Shown here piece by piece: positions 1 to 9,695 of a stretch of DNA of 27,035 bases. The notes below the pieces were generated by a model. The model did not search any database. It saw only the letters and a program-made list of their open reading frames with translations, and was not told where the DNA came from. The position numbers were made by a program, and so were the translations under genes. The stretch's first letter is position 1. Each line of letters begins with the position of its first letter. The stretch lies in NCBI GenBank assembly GCA_042217585.1, contig JBDGSJ010000025.1, positions 1 to 27,035 on the forward strand, written 5' to 3'. The DNA is from Candidatus Nanohaloarchaea archaeon (GTDB taxonomy: Archaea; Nanohalarchaeota; Nanosalinia; Nanosalinales; Nanosalinaceae).

Positions 1-2
1 AA

Positions 3-166
3 CGCCAGCGCCCGGATTTGAACCGGGGAGGGCCGTTACAGCCCAGCAGATATATCGGGATTCTATCATCGGTCCGTGAGGACCTCAGCATATCCGCTGG
101 TTGGCCGGTGGCGGACCACCGGTCCGCTCGAATCTGCCGCGTTCAACCTGACTCCGCCACGCTGGC
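3..166 (-). tRNA. tRNA-Ser(CGA) with a 75-nt intron at position 37/38 (intron 52..126)
   Basis: Minus strand folds as a cloverleaf: acceptor GCCAGCG/CGCTGGC with G discriminator, anticodon stem GCAGA/TCTGC with loop TT-CGA-G|A, long variable arm GGGCTG-TAA-CGGCCC, T-arm CCCGG-TTCAAAT-CCGGG. The exon-intron junction forms a relaxed bulge-helix-bulge (TTCG/CGAT core, GGA/TCC outer helix). No encoded CCA. Confidence 0.95.
52..126 (-). ncRNA. Putative intron-encoded box C/D guide RNA (predicted targets U39 and C34 of the host tRNA)
   Basis: CTGA (D', 85-88) is preceded by a 12-nt guide complementary to the host 3' splice junction and exon 2. CGATGA (C'-like, 66-71) and CCGA (D-like, 55-58) flank a short guide to G30-C34. 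Box C is not clearly recognisable. Confidence 0.5.
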
Positions 167-188
167 TTTAACACTGGTGTCGGGCTTA

Positions 189-198
189 AATTTTATAG
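189..198 (-). promoter_or_regulatory. TATA box for tRNA-Ser
   Basis: Minus-strand TATAAAATTT about 25 nt upstream of the tRNA 5' end. Confidence 0.6.
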
Positions 199-264
199 CA
201 CCTTCCCAGCCGTGGGACCGGGCGGACCGTTTACATCTTAAATCATGGGGTGGATAAGGGGTGT

Positions 265-957
265 ATGGGGTACGATGCGGCCGTTTTCGACATGGACGGA
301 GTGATACTGAATTCTTTCGTCGAAAGTGAAGAGTGGAAGTTCGAGGCAGTCAGGTCCGCCCTCCGGAACGAGGGAGCGGATCCCGACGGTCTGGAGAGAG
401 ACGAGCTCCGTGAGATACTCGGCGACAAGGGGTACAAGGCCTGCGTGAAGAAGGCGATGGAGGTCGGGGTCAACCCGAGGGATATATGGACCGAGGTCGC
501 GGAGAGGACGGTCTCTGCGAGGAAGAGACAGCTTGAAAACGGTGATTTCCAGCTTTACGACGGTGTAAGGGAAACCCTGGAGTCCATCCACAGGGAGGTC
601 GAGATGGCGCTCATAAGCAACGCTCCTGACGAGGCCGTGATGCTGACCGTGGATCATTTCGATCTGAAGGAGTACTTCGAGTTCTACCTCGGTATAAGGA
701 ACTTCGAGGACCTCCAGGCGAGGAAGCCGCATCCCAACCACCTCGAGGTCGCCAAGGCGGAGATAAACAAGGAATCGCCTCTCTACGTAGGTGACGCGGA
801 GTCAGACATCATCGCGGCCCACAGGGCCGACATGGACGCGGTATGGGTCAACAGGGACGGAGTGAACCCTGAGAAACTGGACGTGAGCCCCGAATACGAG
901 GTCCGGGAGATCTCAGAGATACTCGAGATAATAAAGACCGGTCAGGACGCCGCGTAG
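265..957 (+). CDS. HAD-superfamily hydrolase (phosphoglycolate phosphatase-like)
   Basis: Motif I FDMDGVI, motif II LISN, motif III/IV KPHP...YVGDAESD. ATG 265 is preferred over GTG 250 because CTTAAAT lies about 25 nt upstream of it. Confidence 0.9.
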   Translation: MGYDAAVFDMDGVILNSFVESEEWKFEAVRSALRNEGADPDGLERDELREILGDKGYKACVKKAMEVGVNPRDIWTEVAERTVSARKRQLENGDFQLYDGVRETLESIHREVEMALISNAPDEAVMLTVDHFDLKEYFEFYLGIRNFEDLQARKPHPNHLEVAKAEINKESPLYVGDAESDIIAAHRADMDAVWVNRDGVNPEKLDVSPEYEVREISEILEIIKTGQDAA

Positions 958-1820
958 TTCCTCAGGACGTCCTGGAGCATCCTGTACTCGCTTTCCTCGC
1001 CGTCAGTCACGACCGGGACCTTCTGGAGGCCGGTTCTCTCCTTCAGGTCCTCCACCTCCACGTCGTACTGGCCGCTGATGTAGGACATCATCGCGCCCGA
1101 TATCCGGGAGAGCTGGTTGAGGTGCGAGTTCATCTCCTGCTTCTTCCTCAGGTCCGAGAAGACGGCGTCTGCGGCTACTGCACCGGTCATCATCTCCTCC
1201 CCGGTGAGGCCGTCCGTGTCCCTGGAGTAACCTGACTTGCGCTCGTCCATCTGCTGCCGGGCTATACCGTGGACTATGGACTCGTAGGATTTCTCCACGT
1301 ATTTCAGGGCCTCTGCGATGCTTTCCTCCCTGTTCCTGGTCTTCCTGACGTCGTCCTCGACCTCCTCGGACTGCTCGATAGCCTGTGTAAGCATTATAGA
1401 GCTTTTCTCGTGTGCCTGCGCCATCAGCTCGCACTGGTCCCTAAGGTACTTCGCGGACTCCATTATCGCGGTCTCTGACAGCTCCTGGAAATCACGGAAT
1501 ATCTGGCCGTTCTCGAAAACGTACCGGAACATCTTGTTCTGCGGGGTCTCGTTCTCCCACGCCCTCGAGAACCTCTCCCTGAGTTCTTTTCTCCTGTCTC
1601 TCTCCAGGTCATCGGGACCGGTCCTGAAAAGGACCTCTCCCTGTTCAAGTGCCTCGAGCTCCTCGAGCTCGTCTATACTCAGGTCCTCGGCATCATCCTT
1701 CACGCGGTCCTCCACGGCGGTGTCGGTTCTGAAACCGTCCTCGTCGACGGCATCCATGGACCCGCCGTTGACCATCATCCTGTCAGGTCCTTCCCCGAGC
1801 TCGTCTTCGGAATCAGACAT
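942..1820 (-). CDS. Hypothetical acidic, helical/coiled-coil protein
   Basis: Long ORF with host-like codon usage and a D/E-rich product. Start MSDSEDE at 1820 lies downstream of an AT-rich TATA-like tract at about 1850-1862. No recognisable family. Confidence 0.75.
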   Translation of the reverse strand: MSDSEDELGEGPDRMMVNGGSMDAVDEDGFRTDTAVEDRVKDDAEDLSIDELEELEALEQGEVLFRTGPDDLERDRRKELRERFSRAWENETPQNKMFRYVFENGQIFRDFQELSETAIMESAKYLRDQCELMAQAHEKSSIMLTQAIEQSEEVEDDVRKTRNREESIAEALKYVEKSYESIVHGIARQQMDERKSGYSRDTDGLTGEEMMTGAVAADAVFSDLRKKQEMNSHLNQLSRISGAMMSYISGQYDVEVEDLKERTGLQKVPVVTDGEESEYRMLQDVLRNYAAS

Positions 1821-1944
1821 CCCGGCACCCTGTTTATTGTTACTTTCGAGTTTTAATAAAAAGACGGGTTCTGCGCCGGTTTTTCCGTGGACCCGGCGGT
1901 TTCTACTGGTCAGAATAAAAAGATTCCAGTCCGATTTCCTGGAC

Positions 1945-2919
1945 ATGGGAGAGGACACCTGCAGCAAGTGCGGAGAGGAAGCGGTCATCTACCGGGAATA
2001 CGAGGGCCGTGGACTCTGCAAGAAGCATTTCTCTATCTCCGTCAACAAGCAGGTGAAGAAGACGATAAGGAAGGGAGACATGGTCGAGTCCGGGGACACG
2101 ATAGCGGTAGGGCTCTCCGGGGGAAAGGATTCCGCGGTGATGCTTGAACAGCTGGTCGAGATATTCGGCGAACGGCCGGACATCGAGATAGTCGGTGTCG
2201 CGGTCCACGAGGGGATCGACGAGTACAGGGACGAATCCATCTCTGCCGCGGAGGAGCTGTGCGAGGACCTGGGTGTTGAGCTGGAGGTCGGAAGGTACTC
2301 GGATTACTACGACCTGAAGATGGACGACGTCGCGGACGCCGGGGCGAAGGGCAACTGCACCTACTGCGGGATAATGAGGAGGGACCTGCTCAACAGGCTC
2401 TCCCGCGAGGTCGGCGCGAACAAGATAGCGATAGGCCACAACCTGGACGACGAGGCACAGTCCATACTGATGAACACGATAAAGGGAGACAAGAAGAGGA
2501 TGGCAAGGATAGGCCCGAAGAAAGACCCCGCGGACCACGAAAAATTCGTTCCACGGATAAAGCCGCTGAGAGACGTGATGGAGAAGGAGATAGCGCTTTA
2601 CTCCCGGATCCACGACCTCGGGGTGATAGACCGGTGCCCGCACGTCGAGGAGGGAGCGCTGAGGCCGATGGTGAAGAGCTTCCTGAACAGGCTTGAATCG
2701 GAGATGCCGGGGATAAAGTACTCGATCGTCTCCCACGGAAGGGAGATGAGCGACCTGGTTGAGGAGGACCTCGACTACGGGGACGAAGAGAACCAGCTCC
2801 AGGAATGCGACCGGTGCGGCGAGCCCTGTTCCTCGGAAATATGCAGGAAATGCCGGCTCCTCGACGAGATAAAGGAGGCAGCAGACCGGTCCGGCGACCA
2901 CGACTTCGCAATGGAGTAA
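1945..2919 (+). CDS. ncsA: tRNA 2-thiolation protein, TtcA/TtuA/Ncs6 family (TIGR00269-like)
   Basis: N-terminal CSKC...CKKH zinc finger, PP-loop SGGKDS, CTYC, GHNLDDEAQS, CPH and C-terminal CDRC...CRKC zinc finger. Start placed at ATG 1945. Confidence 0.9.
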   Translation: MGEDTCSKCGEEAVIYREYEGRGLCKKHFSISVNKQVKKTIRKGDMVESGDTIAVGLSGGKDSAVMLEQLVEIFGERPDIEIVGVAVHEGIDEYRDESISAAEELCEDLGVELEVGRYSDYYDLKMDDVADAGAKGNCTYCGIMRRDLLNRLSREVGANKIAIGHNLDDEAQSILMNTIKGDKKRMARIGPKKDPADHEKFVPRIKPLRDVMEKEIALYSRIHDLGVIDRCPHVEEGALRPMVKSFLNRLESEMPGIKYSIVSHGREMSDLVEEDLDYGDEENQLQECDRCGEPCSSEICRKCRLLDEIKEAADRSGDHDFAME

Positions 2920-4398
2920 TCAGAGACTGATACCTGTCGCCTGTTCTATCAGTTCCCTCTCCTCCTCACGGAGAGAGCCGGAAATCCAGAGCATGAGTGT
3001 GTAGCAGAGGAATGTGGCTCCCCCGAGGACCGCAGTACCGATGGGTGAAAGCCCGGCAACCCGGTCGACGAGGACCGCGGCAGAGGCAGGGACCGCGATC
3101 GAGATAAGGGGGCGGATATAGGTCCTGTCTACGGGAAGGATCCCTGTATCCTTCTTCGCCATCAGAAGGAGCGTGGTATTCCCCGCCAGCAGTCCTGCCG
3201 TCATCGCCACCGCTGCCCCCTCGATCCCGTAGGCCGGTATCAGGAAGAGGTCCAGGGCGACGTTCAGGGCGGTCACAACCGACATGGCGGCCGCGAGCCT
3301 TTTCGTCTTCCCCGCGGAAAGCATGACCATGGCGGAAGGTCCCGCGACAGCGTGGAAGAGATAGCCCGATGAGAGGACCGCCAGCGCCGTTGCGCCAGCC
3401 CTGTACTGCTGGCCGAAGAAGAGTTCAAGTATCTCGCCGGGAAAAAGCATCATCCCCGCCGCGACAGGCAGTGCTGCCATGAAGATCCACCTCGAAGAGG
3501 TCCGGTAGAGCCTCCTGACCTCACCGATCCTGTCCTGGCTCCTGAGGTCCGAGGCGACAGGGAGGAACATGTAGTTGAGAGCTGTCAGGAAAAGGCCGAG
3601 GAAACCTGAGACCGTGAACGCAACTTCATATACACCGACCCTGGCCGAGTCCAGAAGCCATCCGAGCATCAGCACGTCAGCCCATTCAAAAGTCATCAGC
3701 AGAAAGGAAAGGACGGAAAGCGGCCAGGAAAACTTCAGGAGCCTGCCGACCGATAGAGAGGCGCTCCCGAGGTCGAAACCCGATATCCTCCGGTAGAAAT
3801 ACAGTGCTGTCAGAAGGGCGACCGCCATACCTGCCAGGTGGCCGATGACCGCTCCCTCGACCCCCATTCCGAGGACCAGGAGCGCTGTCACGGCCGTGAA
3901 CTTCACACCCGGGAAAACAAGGTTGTCGGCGAGGACCTTGTGCCTTGCGTTCTCCCTGCCCTGGATGAAGGACAGCAGCAGGCGGAAGAGGGACAGGAGC
4001 GGCACACCAGCCGCGAAGAACTTCAGTGGTCCGGCGACAGCCTGCTCTCCAAATATACCTGCCGCGATCCAGTCCGCCGAGAGATAGAGGGCCAGAGAGG
4101 CTGCGAGCGAGAGAGGTAGGACGACGGCGAGCGAGGTCAGGACCGAGTCCCTCTCACCCGGTCCTCCCCTGTAATACGACATGAAACGCGGGACCGACAT
4201 ATGGAGGCCGACCAGGGACAGTATCGAGACGGCCTGGACCACCGCGTGTGACTGTATGAAGACCCCGTAATCCACCGGGCCCAGGAACCTCGCCATCACC
4301 GCCTTGAGACCGTACTGGAGGACCGTCCCCGCGCCGAAGCCCCCGAAAACCAGGACCGTTCCCTTGCCAACTCTGGACAGAGGATCTCCTTCTCCCAT
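2920..4398 (-). CDS. Oligosaccharide flippase (Wzx/MOP family)
   Basis: About 14 hydrophobic segments, ARFLGPVDYG N-terminal motif, DVLMLG...VGVYEVA and LIPAYGIEGAAVA motifs. Confidence 0.9.
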   Translation of the reverse strand: MGEGDPLSRVGKGTVLVFGGFGAGTVLQYGLKAVMARFLGPVDYGVFIQSHAVVQAVSILSLVGLHMSVPRFMSYYRGGPGERDSVLTSLAVVLPLSLAASLALYLSADWIAAGIFGEQAVAGPLKFFAAGVPLLSLFRLLLSFIQGRENARHKVLADNLVFPGVKFTAVTALLVLGMGVEGAVIGHLAGMAVALLTALYFYRRISGFDLGSASLSVGRLLKFSWPLSVLSFLLMTFEWADVLMLGWLLDSARVGVYEVAFTVSGFLGLFLTALNYMFLPVASDLRSQDRIGEVRRLYRTSSRWIFMAALPVAAGMMLFPGEILELFFGQQYRAGATALAVLSSGYLFHAVAGPSAMVMLSAGKTKRLAAAMSVVTALNVALDLFLIPAYGIEGAAVAMTAGLLAGNTTLLLMAKKDTGILPVDRTYIRPLISIAVPASAAVLVDRVAGLSPIGTAVLGGATFLCYTLMLWISGSLREEERELIEQATGISL

Positions 4399-4422
4399 GG
4401 TTGAATTTTTTTCCTGGACTCT

Positions 4423-6804
4423 TTAACGGCTACCGTGGACCGGGACATCTTGCCTGCGTATCAGAAGGTCCTCAAGGTATATACTCACGCACCTCTTGCC
4501 TCCATCAAAGCTCTTCTGGGAGCATTCTCCGGTAGAGAGGACATACCGTTGAATGCCCGTGAAGTTGAATTTCAGTCTTATCCTTCTTGGACCTTCAAGT
4601 TTCAGCTCCCTGAGGACCTTTCCTTCCGTAGATATGGTGAGATTTATCTCTTCCAGACCTTCAACCGGCGCCATCACGGCAGAGATCCTCATTTTTCCGT
4701 TCCCTCTAAGCAGTATGACTCCTCTGCGGGACATATACCGTCTTCCTTCTTTCAACTCCCATCCGTGAGCAGTCATGAAATGCAGTTCAGAGGAACGGAA
4801 AATCTTTACCGAGGAAAGGATGACCTCTTCGCACCATGGCCCGCCCGATTTCCTTCCGGAGCATCCCCTGACCTCCAGATCCAGACTATCCGCTCCATTA
4901 TCGAATCCTTCAGTCAGGTAGAAATGTCTTCTGGAAGTCAGGTTCAGCACCCTGACATCTTCACCATTCTTGCTGACCTCGACTACAGGATCAGTATCCC
5001 GGAAGTCAAAGAGCTCCAGTCCGATGGCGCCTCCAGGAGGAACTCTAACAGAAGCCTGGGCCTCTTCAGTCAGGACTCTACCCCCAGGAGTAAGATAAAC
5101 TCCTCCATGGAAGTCGATGTGTGAGACGTGAAGACCTCCGAGGAAACCCATCAAAACCACCGCAAGAGTGAGAACCCTCAGAGAGGCCGGGAGATAGCTT
5201 CCCAGCAATAAGAGGGTAAGTCCCGAGACAAAAACCAGCGGGATCACCGGGGTCCGGAAAAGAAGGTATCCCGAATCTGTCTCTCCGATACGGAGAGAAC
5301 CGGGCGCGTAGAAAAAATCGTAGTTAAGGTCGACCGGCCTATCAGACAGCATACCCGCCATTACCTCGGACCGCGGCCCTGTTATCAAGTTCCTCTCCAC
5401 CAGTTCCCCATAGAAACCTGGCTGGACCGGCTTGAAAGTGTTCATCCTTCTTTCGTATACACCTGCTTCGGGGGGCACAGGTATGCCATGGAAACCGGTA
5501 GATACCTGGAATAAGGATACGGCCACGAGGACCAGGAGCCCGGTCCTCAGCAGCAACCCTTCCTTAAGTATCCTCCGGATGGCGAGACCGACCAGAGGAA
5601 CCATGAAAGGCAGTGAAACCACAAAGTAACGTGGCCCGAAACTCGCCCCCGCCAGCCAGTTCGGAAAAGCTGCCTGAAACAGGATGAAGGACAGCGGGAT
5701 ACCACCCATCACTCCGAGAATCCACCTGTCCCTTTGATAAAGCTCCCGGGCTCCGAAAAATCCCAACAGCAGCAGAGGACTGTAGAAGAAAACCCCTCTG
5801 ACAGGATATACCAGAAGCCTCACGAGCCTGTTCAGTACTCTCAGGACTCCGTAACCCGGCAGACCTGAATACCTGAGGTACATGATGTTCACTGTTCTCC
5901 CCGAAGCTACTGCTTTCAGCATCACATCCTGGACGATACCCTTCAGGTACACGACCATCAGGGGATTTCCCGTTGTCAGGTAGTTGTAAATGAAGAGAGG
6001 GATCAGTCCAAGGAAAATACCCAGGCCTAGGTGCAGAACAGTTTCCAGGTCCCTCTCCATGAACTCGTAGATCGCAAGGAACGGCAATGCCAGGGCCGCG
6101 TAATACTCTGTTCCTACAGCAAAACCAGCCATGAGACCGGCCGCCGTGGTCCATCGAACCCCTGATTTTCGTTCCATGAGATAAAAGGAAAGAAAAAGGA
6201 AAAACGCAGCAGTGATCACTCCCTTGAAAACTGTAGAGTTATACGCCAGGAATGTGCCTGTGCCGGCGGCCAGAGTGGTGTAGAAACCCGCCTTTCTATC
6301 CTCCAGCCATCCGGCCATATACCTGTAGAGCAGGACCATGAGCGCCGCTCCAGGCACCACGGAGACTGTAAACAGTATCAGGAAAAGTGTAAGAGAATTT
6401 CCCCGAGGACCCGGATCCTCCGTGAAAAGGTCCCCTATCAAGTAGCCTGGTACAGCCAGAAATGAAGAGTATGGCGCCTTATCGGTGTAGAAAGATGCCT
6501 CGGAGCTGTTCTGGGCGTATCTATATATTTCATCCACTACACGTCTCTTTTTAATAGAACCGTTCTCTGGCACCAGATGTTCCACATCACGGTACTCCAG
6601 CCCGAGGACCCTCTTGTCTATAGTATTCCCGGCATACGGAGTTATCTTGAGGCCCTGGTCCTCCACCATGGCCCGGGTCAGGTCGTACCGAGAATAAGCG
6701 TTATCAGCCCCCCAGTGGGCGAAGAACGAGAAAAGCAGCAGAAAGAATAGGAACAGCCGAATCGATACCCTGTCCCCGGATAGAAAATCCCCTGAAGGAA
6801 CCAT
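4423..6804 (-). CDS. Integral-membrane GT-C-fold-like (PMT/ArnT-type) glycosyltransferase candidate with C-terminal soluble domains
   Basis: Multiple TM helices, DKAP motif in the first loop, FGPRYF motif in a late loop, and location in a glycan cluster. Confidence 0.65.
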   Translation of the reverse strand: MVPSGDFLSGDRVSIRLFLFFLLLFSFFAHWGADNAYSRYDLTRAMVEDQGLKITPYAGNTIDKRVLGLEYRDVEHLVPENGSIKKRRVVDEIYRYAQNSSEASFYTDKAPYSSFLAVPGYLIGDLFTEDPGPRGNSLTLFLILFTVSVVPGAALMVLLYRYMAGWLEDRKAGFYTTLAAGTGTFLAYNSTVFKGVITAAFFLFLSFYLMERKSGVRWTTAAGLMAGFAVGTEYYAALALPFLAIYEFMERDLETVLHLGLGIFLGLIPLFIYNYLTTGNPLMVVYLKGIVQDVMLKAVASGRTVNIMYLRYSGLPGYGVLRVLNRLVRLLVYPVRGVFFYSPLLLLGFFGARELYQRDRWILGVMGGIPLSFILFQAAFPNWLAGASFGPRYFVVSLPFMVPLVGLAIRRILKEGLLLRTGLLVLVAVSLFQVSTGFHGIPVPPEAGVYERRMNTFKPVQPGFYGELVERNLITGPRSEVMAGMLSDRPVDLNYDFFYAPGSLRIGETDSGYLLFRTPVIPLVFVSGLTLLLLGSYLPASLRVLTLAVVLMGFLGGLHVSHIDFHGGVYLTPGGRVLTEEAQASVRVPPGGAIGLELFDFRDTDPVVEVSKNGEDVRVLNLTSRRHFYLTEGFDNGADSLDLEVRGCSGRKSGGPWCEEVILSSVKIFRSSELHFMTAHGWELKEGRRYMSRRGVILLRGNGKMRISAVMAPVEGLEEINLTISTEGKVLRELKLEGPRRIRLKFNFTGIQRYVLSTGECSQKSFDGGKRCVSIYLEDLLIRRQDVPVHGSR

Positions 6805-6860
6805 GCTTCACTCAGAGATACGTCGTCCACAACTATATACCTTGCCGAGAAATAAAGGAC

Positions 6861-7706
6861 GTGGGACCAAGCGATCCGGTTACAGTAGGTATATGCGCCC
6901 ATAACGAGGAAGAGACGATAGGAGAACTTATTGAAGCTGTTTTCTCCGAGGAGCTGGACCTGAAAGAGGTAATACTGGTCGTGGCCGGAGACGACGCTAC
7001 GGAGAAAATCGCGAGGGAGAAAAGAGAGGACCACGGAGACATCAGGATAATCAGGGAGGAAGAAAGAGAAGGCCAGTCCGCCGCACAGACAAAGATACTG
7101 GAGAAAACAGAGACAGACCTCCTGTTCATGATCGACGGGGACGGAGTCTTCACCCCCGGAAGCATGGAGAAAATGGTAGAGGAATACGACGGTGGATCGA
7201 TCCTGTACGGGAGGGAGTACCCCCTGCTGGGGGAGAGATTCACTCACCGCGTCATACAGGTCTTCTGGGAGATGCACCACGAACTGAACAGGAGAACGCC
7301 CTCGTTCACCACGCAGATAGCGCTGATACCCTCCGACCTCGTGGACCGGATCCCGCAGGAGATCGTGATCGACGACGAATACCTGGCCCAGAAGGCCCGC
7401 GAACAGGGAATGAAAGTGAAGTACTTTCCGGGAGCGATAAAGGTCCACAACATCAAGGGAGACGTCAAATCGTTTTTCAGGCACCGGAGAAAGAACTGGG
7501 CTGGCATGATACAGATACAGAGAATGGGCTACGAGAACATGCAGCCGACACGGTCCAAACTACGGTTCTACCTCGAGTACTTCCTCCGGAGCTCGCCGAG
7601 AAAGATGATCTACCTCGCGGTCCTGGGCTGGGTTGAACTCCTGGCGCTGGTCCTCGCCTACTGGGACAGTTTCAGGGGGAGATGGCCCTACATCTGGAAA
7701 CGCTAG
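6861..7706 (+). CDS. Glycosyltransferase family 2
   Basis: VGICAHNEEETI, DGD (DxD) motif, IDDEYL, and RHRRKNW resembling the QxxRW motif. C-terminal hydrophobic segment. Confidence 0.9.
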   Translation: MGPSDPVTVGICAHNEEETIGELIEAVFSEELDLKEVILVVAGDDATEKIAREKREDHGDIRIIREEEREGQSAAQTKILEKTETDLLFMIDGDGVFTPGSMEKMVEEYDGGSILYGREYPLLGERFTHRVIQVFWEMHHELNRRTPSFTTQIALIPSDLVDRIPQEIVIDDEYLAQKAREQGMKVKYFPGAIKVHNIKGDVKSFFRHRRKNWAGMIQIQRMGYENMQPTRSKLRFYLEYFLRSSPRKMIYLAVLGWVELLALVLAYWDSFRGRWPYIWKR

Positions 7707-7918
7707 GGAAAATCCTCTCCATCCTCAAGTACCGAGACCACGCCTTCCATGTAACTGTCCGCGACCTCTTCCTCAGAATACCATCCAAGAAGCTGTTCAT
7801 CACCGTCCTTACGGTACTTTACAGAGAAGCCTCCCTGGTCCGGCTCCTTCCAGACCTCGACCCCGCTGACCCGGTAAACATCACCTGAAACCAGTTTTTC
7901 GTATACCTCGCTGAACAT
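7703..7918 (-). CDS. Small acidic hypothetical protein (71 aa)
   Basis: ATG start with TTTAAG TATA-like element about 27 nt upstream; acidic composition typical of this genome. Confidence 0.6.
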   Translation of the reverse strand: MFSEVYEKLVSGDVYRVSGVEVWKEPDQGGFSVKYRKDGDEQLLGWYSEEEVADSYMEGVVSVLEDGEDFP

Positions 7919-7970
7919 GACTGGAACAGTGAGAACAGCTAAAACTTAAATGAAACCTGTCTTTCAGCTC

Positions 7971-9695
7971 TCAATCAGGACTCCTCCACGGCTCCTCCCT
8001 GTCAATGTACGCCTGCAGCCACCTTTCGATCAGGTAGGCGTTGACCTTGAAGAAGGTTAGCTCCTTGAAATCTTCTCCACTTCGTAAAACCTCTTCTATA
8101 TATTCATCTACAATCTCTCTTTCCATAAAATCTTCCAGAACAGATTCGAACTTTCGCCTTTCTGCTTCCACAGCTCTACTTAGCTGGTCGGCGACTTCGG
8201 CGGCCCCTCCAGGTTCTTCATATCCTAGGTCGAACTTCTCCTCTGCTAGTTTTCTTTCCAGTCTCCGGTCTTTTCTCTGATTTATCGGGATTTTAAGGGC
8301 GAACTCTAGGAGTGGCGAGTAAGAGTACGGCTCATGGTGGGAAAGATGGTGGCCGTGTGCCGTAGACCAGAGATTTGCCCTCATTCTTAGATCCTGCTGA
8401 ACCATATTTTCATCAAGTCGGTCAGAACGGGGCGGCCACTGGCTTTCAATTTCTCTCTCTAGGTCTTGGGCAGGTTCCAGGCCGAAATACCTTGGATTCA
8501 GGTTGAGAGGTCGAGTCAGTGTAATAGCCATGTAATTAGAGGACAAGAGGTCTGCCGCGTTCAGGGCTGTGTTGTATATCTCGCCATCAATAATTCCTTT
8601 CCCATGGAGGAAGCTGACCACAGGGGGCGTTATTTTACCCACAAGCGTACCGATAGCGGGCAGAGACCTCAGATAGCCCAGTTTCCTTATCTTTCCCAAG
8701 CTGACAGGGAAAGGAATTGTTGAGTTCCCTCCAACAAAAAATCCGTCCGGGCCAGCTTCTTCAGCCAAGACGTTGAAGCCGTAGTAAACGTGCGGTGGAA
8801 AAGGAGTTCCGTTTTTCCAAACCTCTTCCTTTCCGGGAAGCTTTCTTTCCAGTTCAACATCATGGTGTTCAGTTCCGAGTTCTCTGGCTCTTTTTCTACC
8901 TCTTTCGAGAATTTCTTCCGAGAACCCGTAAGTATAGGTATTAACCTTCTTTTCCGATTCCCTCTGAAGCAGCTGGACCAACAGACTTGAATCAAAGCCA
9001 CCCGAGAAGGCTACGTTTACTTCCTGGACTTCATCAAGGTACATCTGCACGGCTTCTCCTAGCAAATCATCTATTTTTTCTACGGCATCTGTGTCCGAAA
9101 CATCAAGTTCATCTCCGTATGGATCCCAGTAAATTTTTTCCTCTTTTATCTCCGGGTCACAGATCATATACTGGCTGGGTTTCATCCTGTAAACGCCTTG
9201 AATCATCGTTCTACCGCTGGAAAGTGAAGCGGGCCAGTAAAGAAGTTTACGTCTCAGCACCTCCCGGTCCAGCCGATTATCCACCTGTTGAAGGGAAGTT
9301 ATGATTGAGAGATGACTTGAGAACGCAAGAAATTCCTCTCTTTCGGTGTAAAAAATCCGGCTGTTGCCTACCTTATCTGTGGCGATCAGCAATTCCTTTT
9401 TCTCCCTGTCAAAGATCGCCAATACGAAGTCTCCAGTCAGTTTCTCCACCATATCTCGGCCTCTCTTTCTGTAGAGCCGGAAAATTTGTTCGGCGGGACG
9501 CTCTGAACCTTCAAGAACTCCGTTGAATCCAATTATCAGTGATTCTTTTTCCAGTAACAGCTCTGAGGAGGCCATAAAGAAGTCATCTGTCTCTGCCGTG
9601 GAGACGTTCTCAACACCTCTTTGTTCGAGGGCTTCCTCAATCATTTCTGGGGATTTTACCGGTCCAAAGACTCCCCCGATACCGGAGAAAGACAT
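7971..9695 (-). CDS. Asparagine synthase-related protein (Ntn-like domain plus ATP-pyrophosphatase domain)
   Basis: FNG, LTGDFVLAIFD and ATDKVG in the glutamine-amidotransferase-like domain; FSGGFDSS PP-loop. The N-terminus SFSGIGG lacks the catalytic Cys. An alternative start is at 9719. Confidence 0.85.
   Translation of the reverse strand: MSFSGIGGVFGPVKSPEMIEEALEQRGVENVSTAETDDFFMASSELLLEKESLIIGFNGVLEGSERPAEQIFRLYRKRGRDMVEKLTGDFVLAIFDREKKELLIATDKVGNSRIFYTEREEFLAFSSHLSIITSLQQVDNRLDREVLRRKLLYWPASLSSGRTMIQGVYRMKPSQYMICDPEIKEEKIYWDPYGDELDVSDTDAVEKIDDLLGEAVQMYLDEVQEVNVAFSGGFDSSLLVQLLQRESEKKVNTYTYGFSEEILERGRKRARELGTEHHDVELERKLPGKEEVWKNGTPFPPHVYYGFNVLAEEAGPDGFFVGGNSTIPFPVSLGKIRKLGYLRSLPAIGTLVGKITPPVVSFLHGKGIIDGEIYNTALNAADLLSSNYMAITLTRPLNLNPRYFGLEPAQDLEREIESQWPPRSDRLDENMVQQDLRMRANLWSTAHGHHLSHHEPYSYSPLLEFALKIPINQRKDRRLERKLAEEKFDLGYEEPGGAAEVADQLSRAVEAERRKFESVLEDFMEREIVDEYIEEVLRSGEDFKELTFFKVNAYLIERWLQAYIDREEPWRSPD

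Noticed and set aside
59..65. The intron guide TAGAATC perfectly matches a CUA (amber) anticodon loop
   Set aside because: The match is only 7 nt, the tRNA clearly reads CGA, and TAG is used as a normal stop here (e.g. 955-957, 13408-13410).
1318..1944. Ser-rich 209-aa N-terminal extension of the thiolase ORF
   Set aside because: It is the antisense shadow of the acidic gene at 942-1820. Family motifs begin at ATG 1945.
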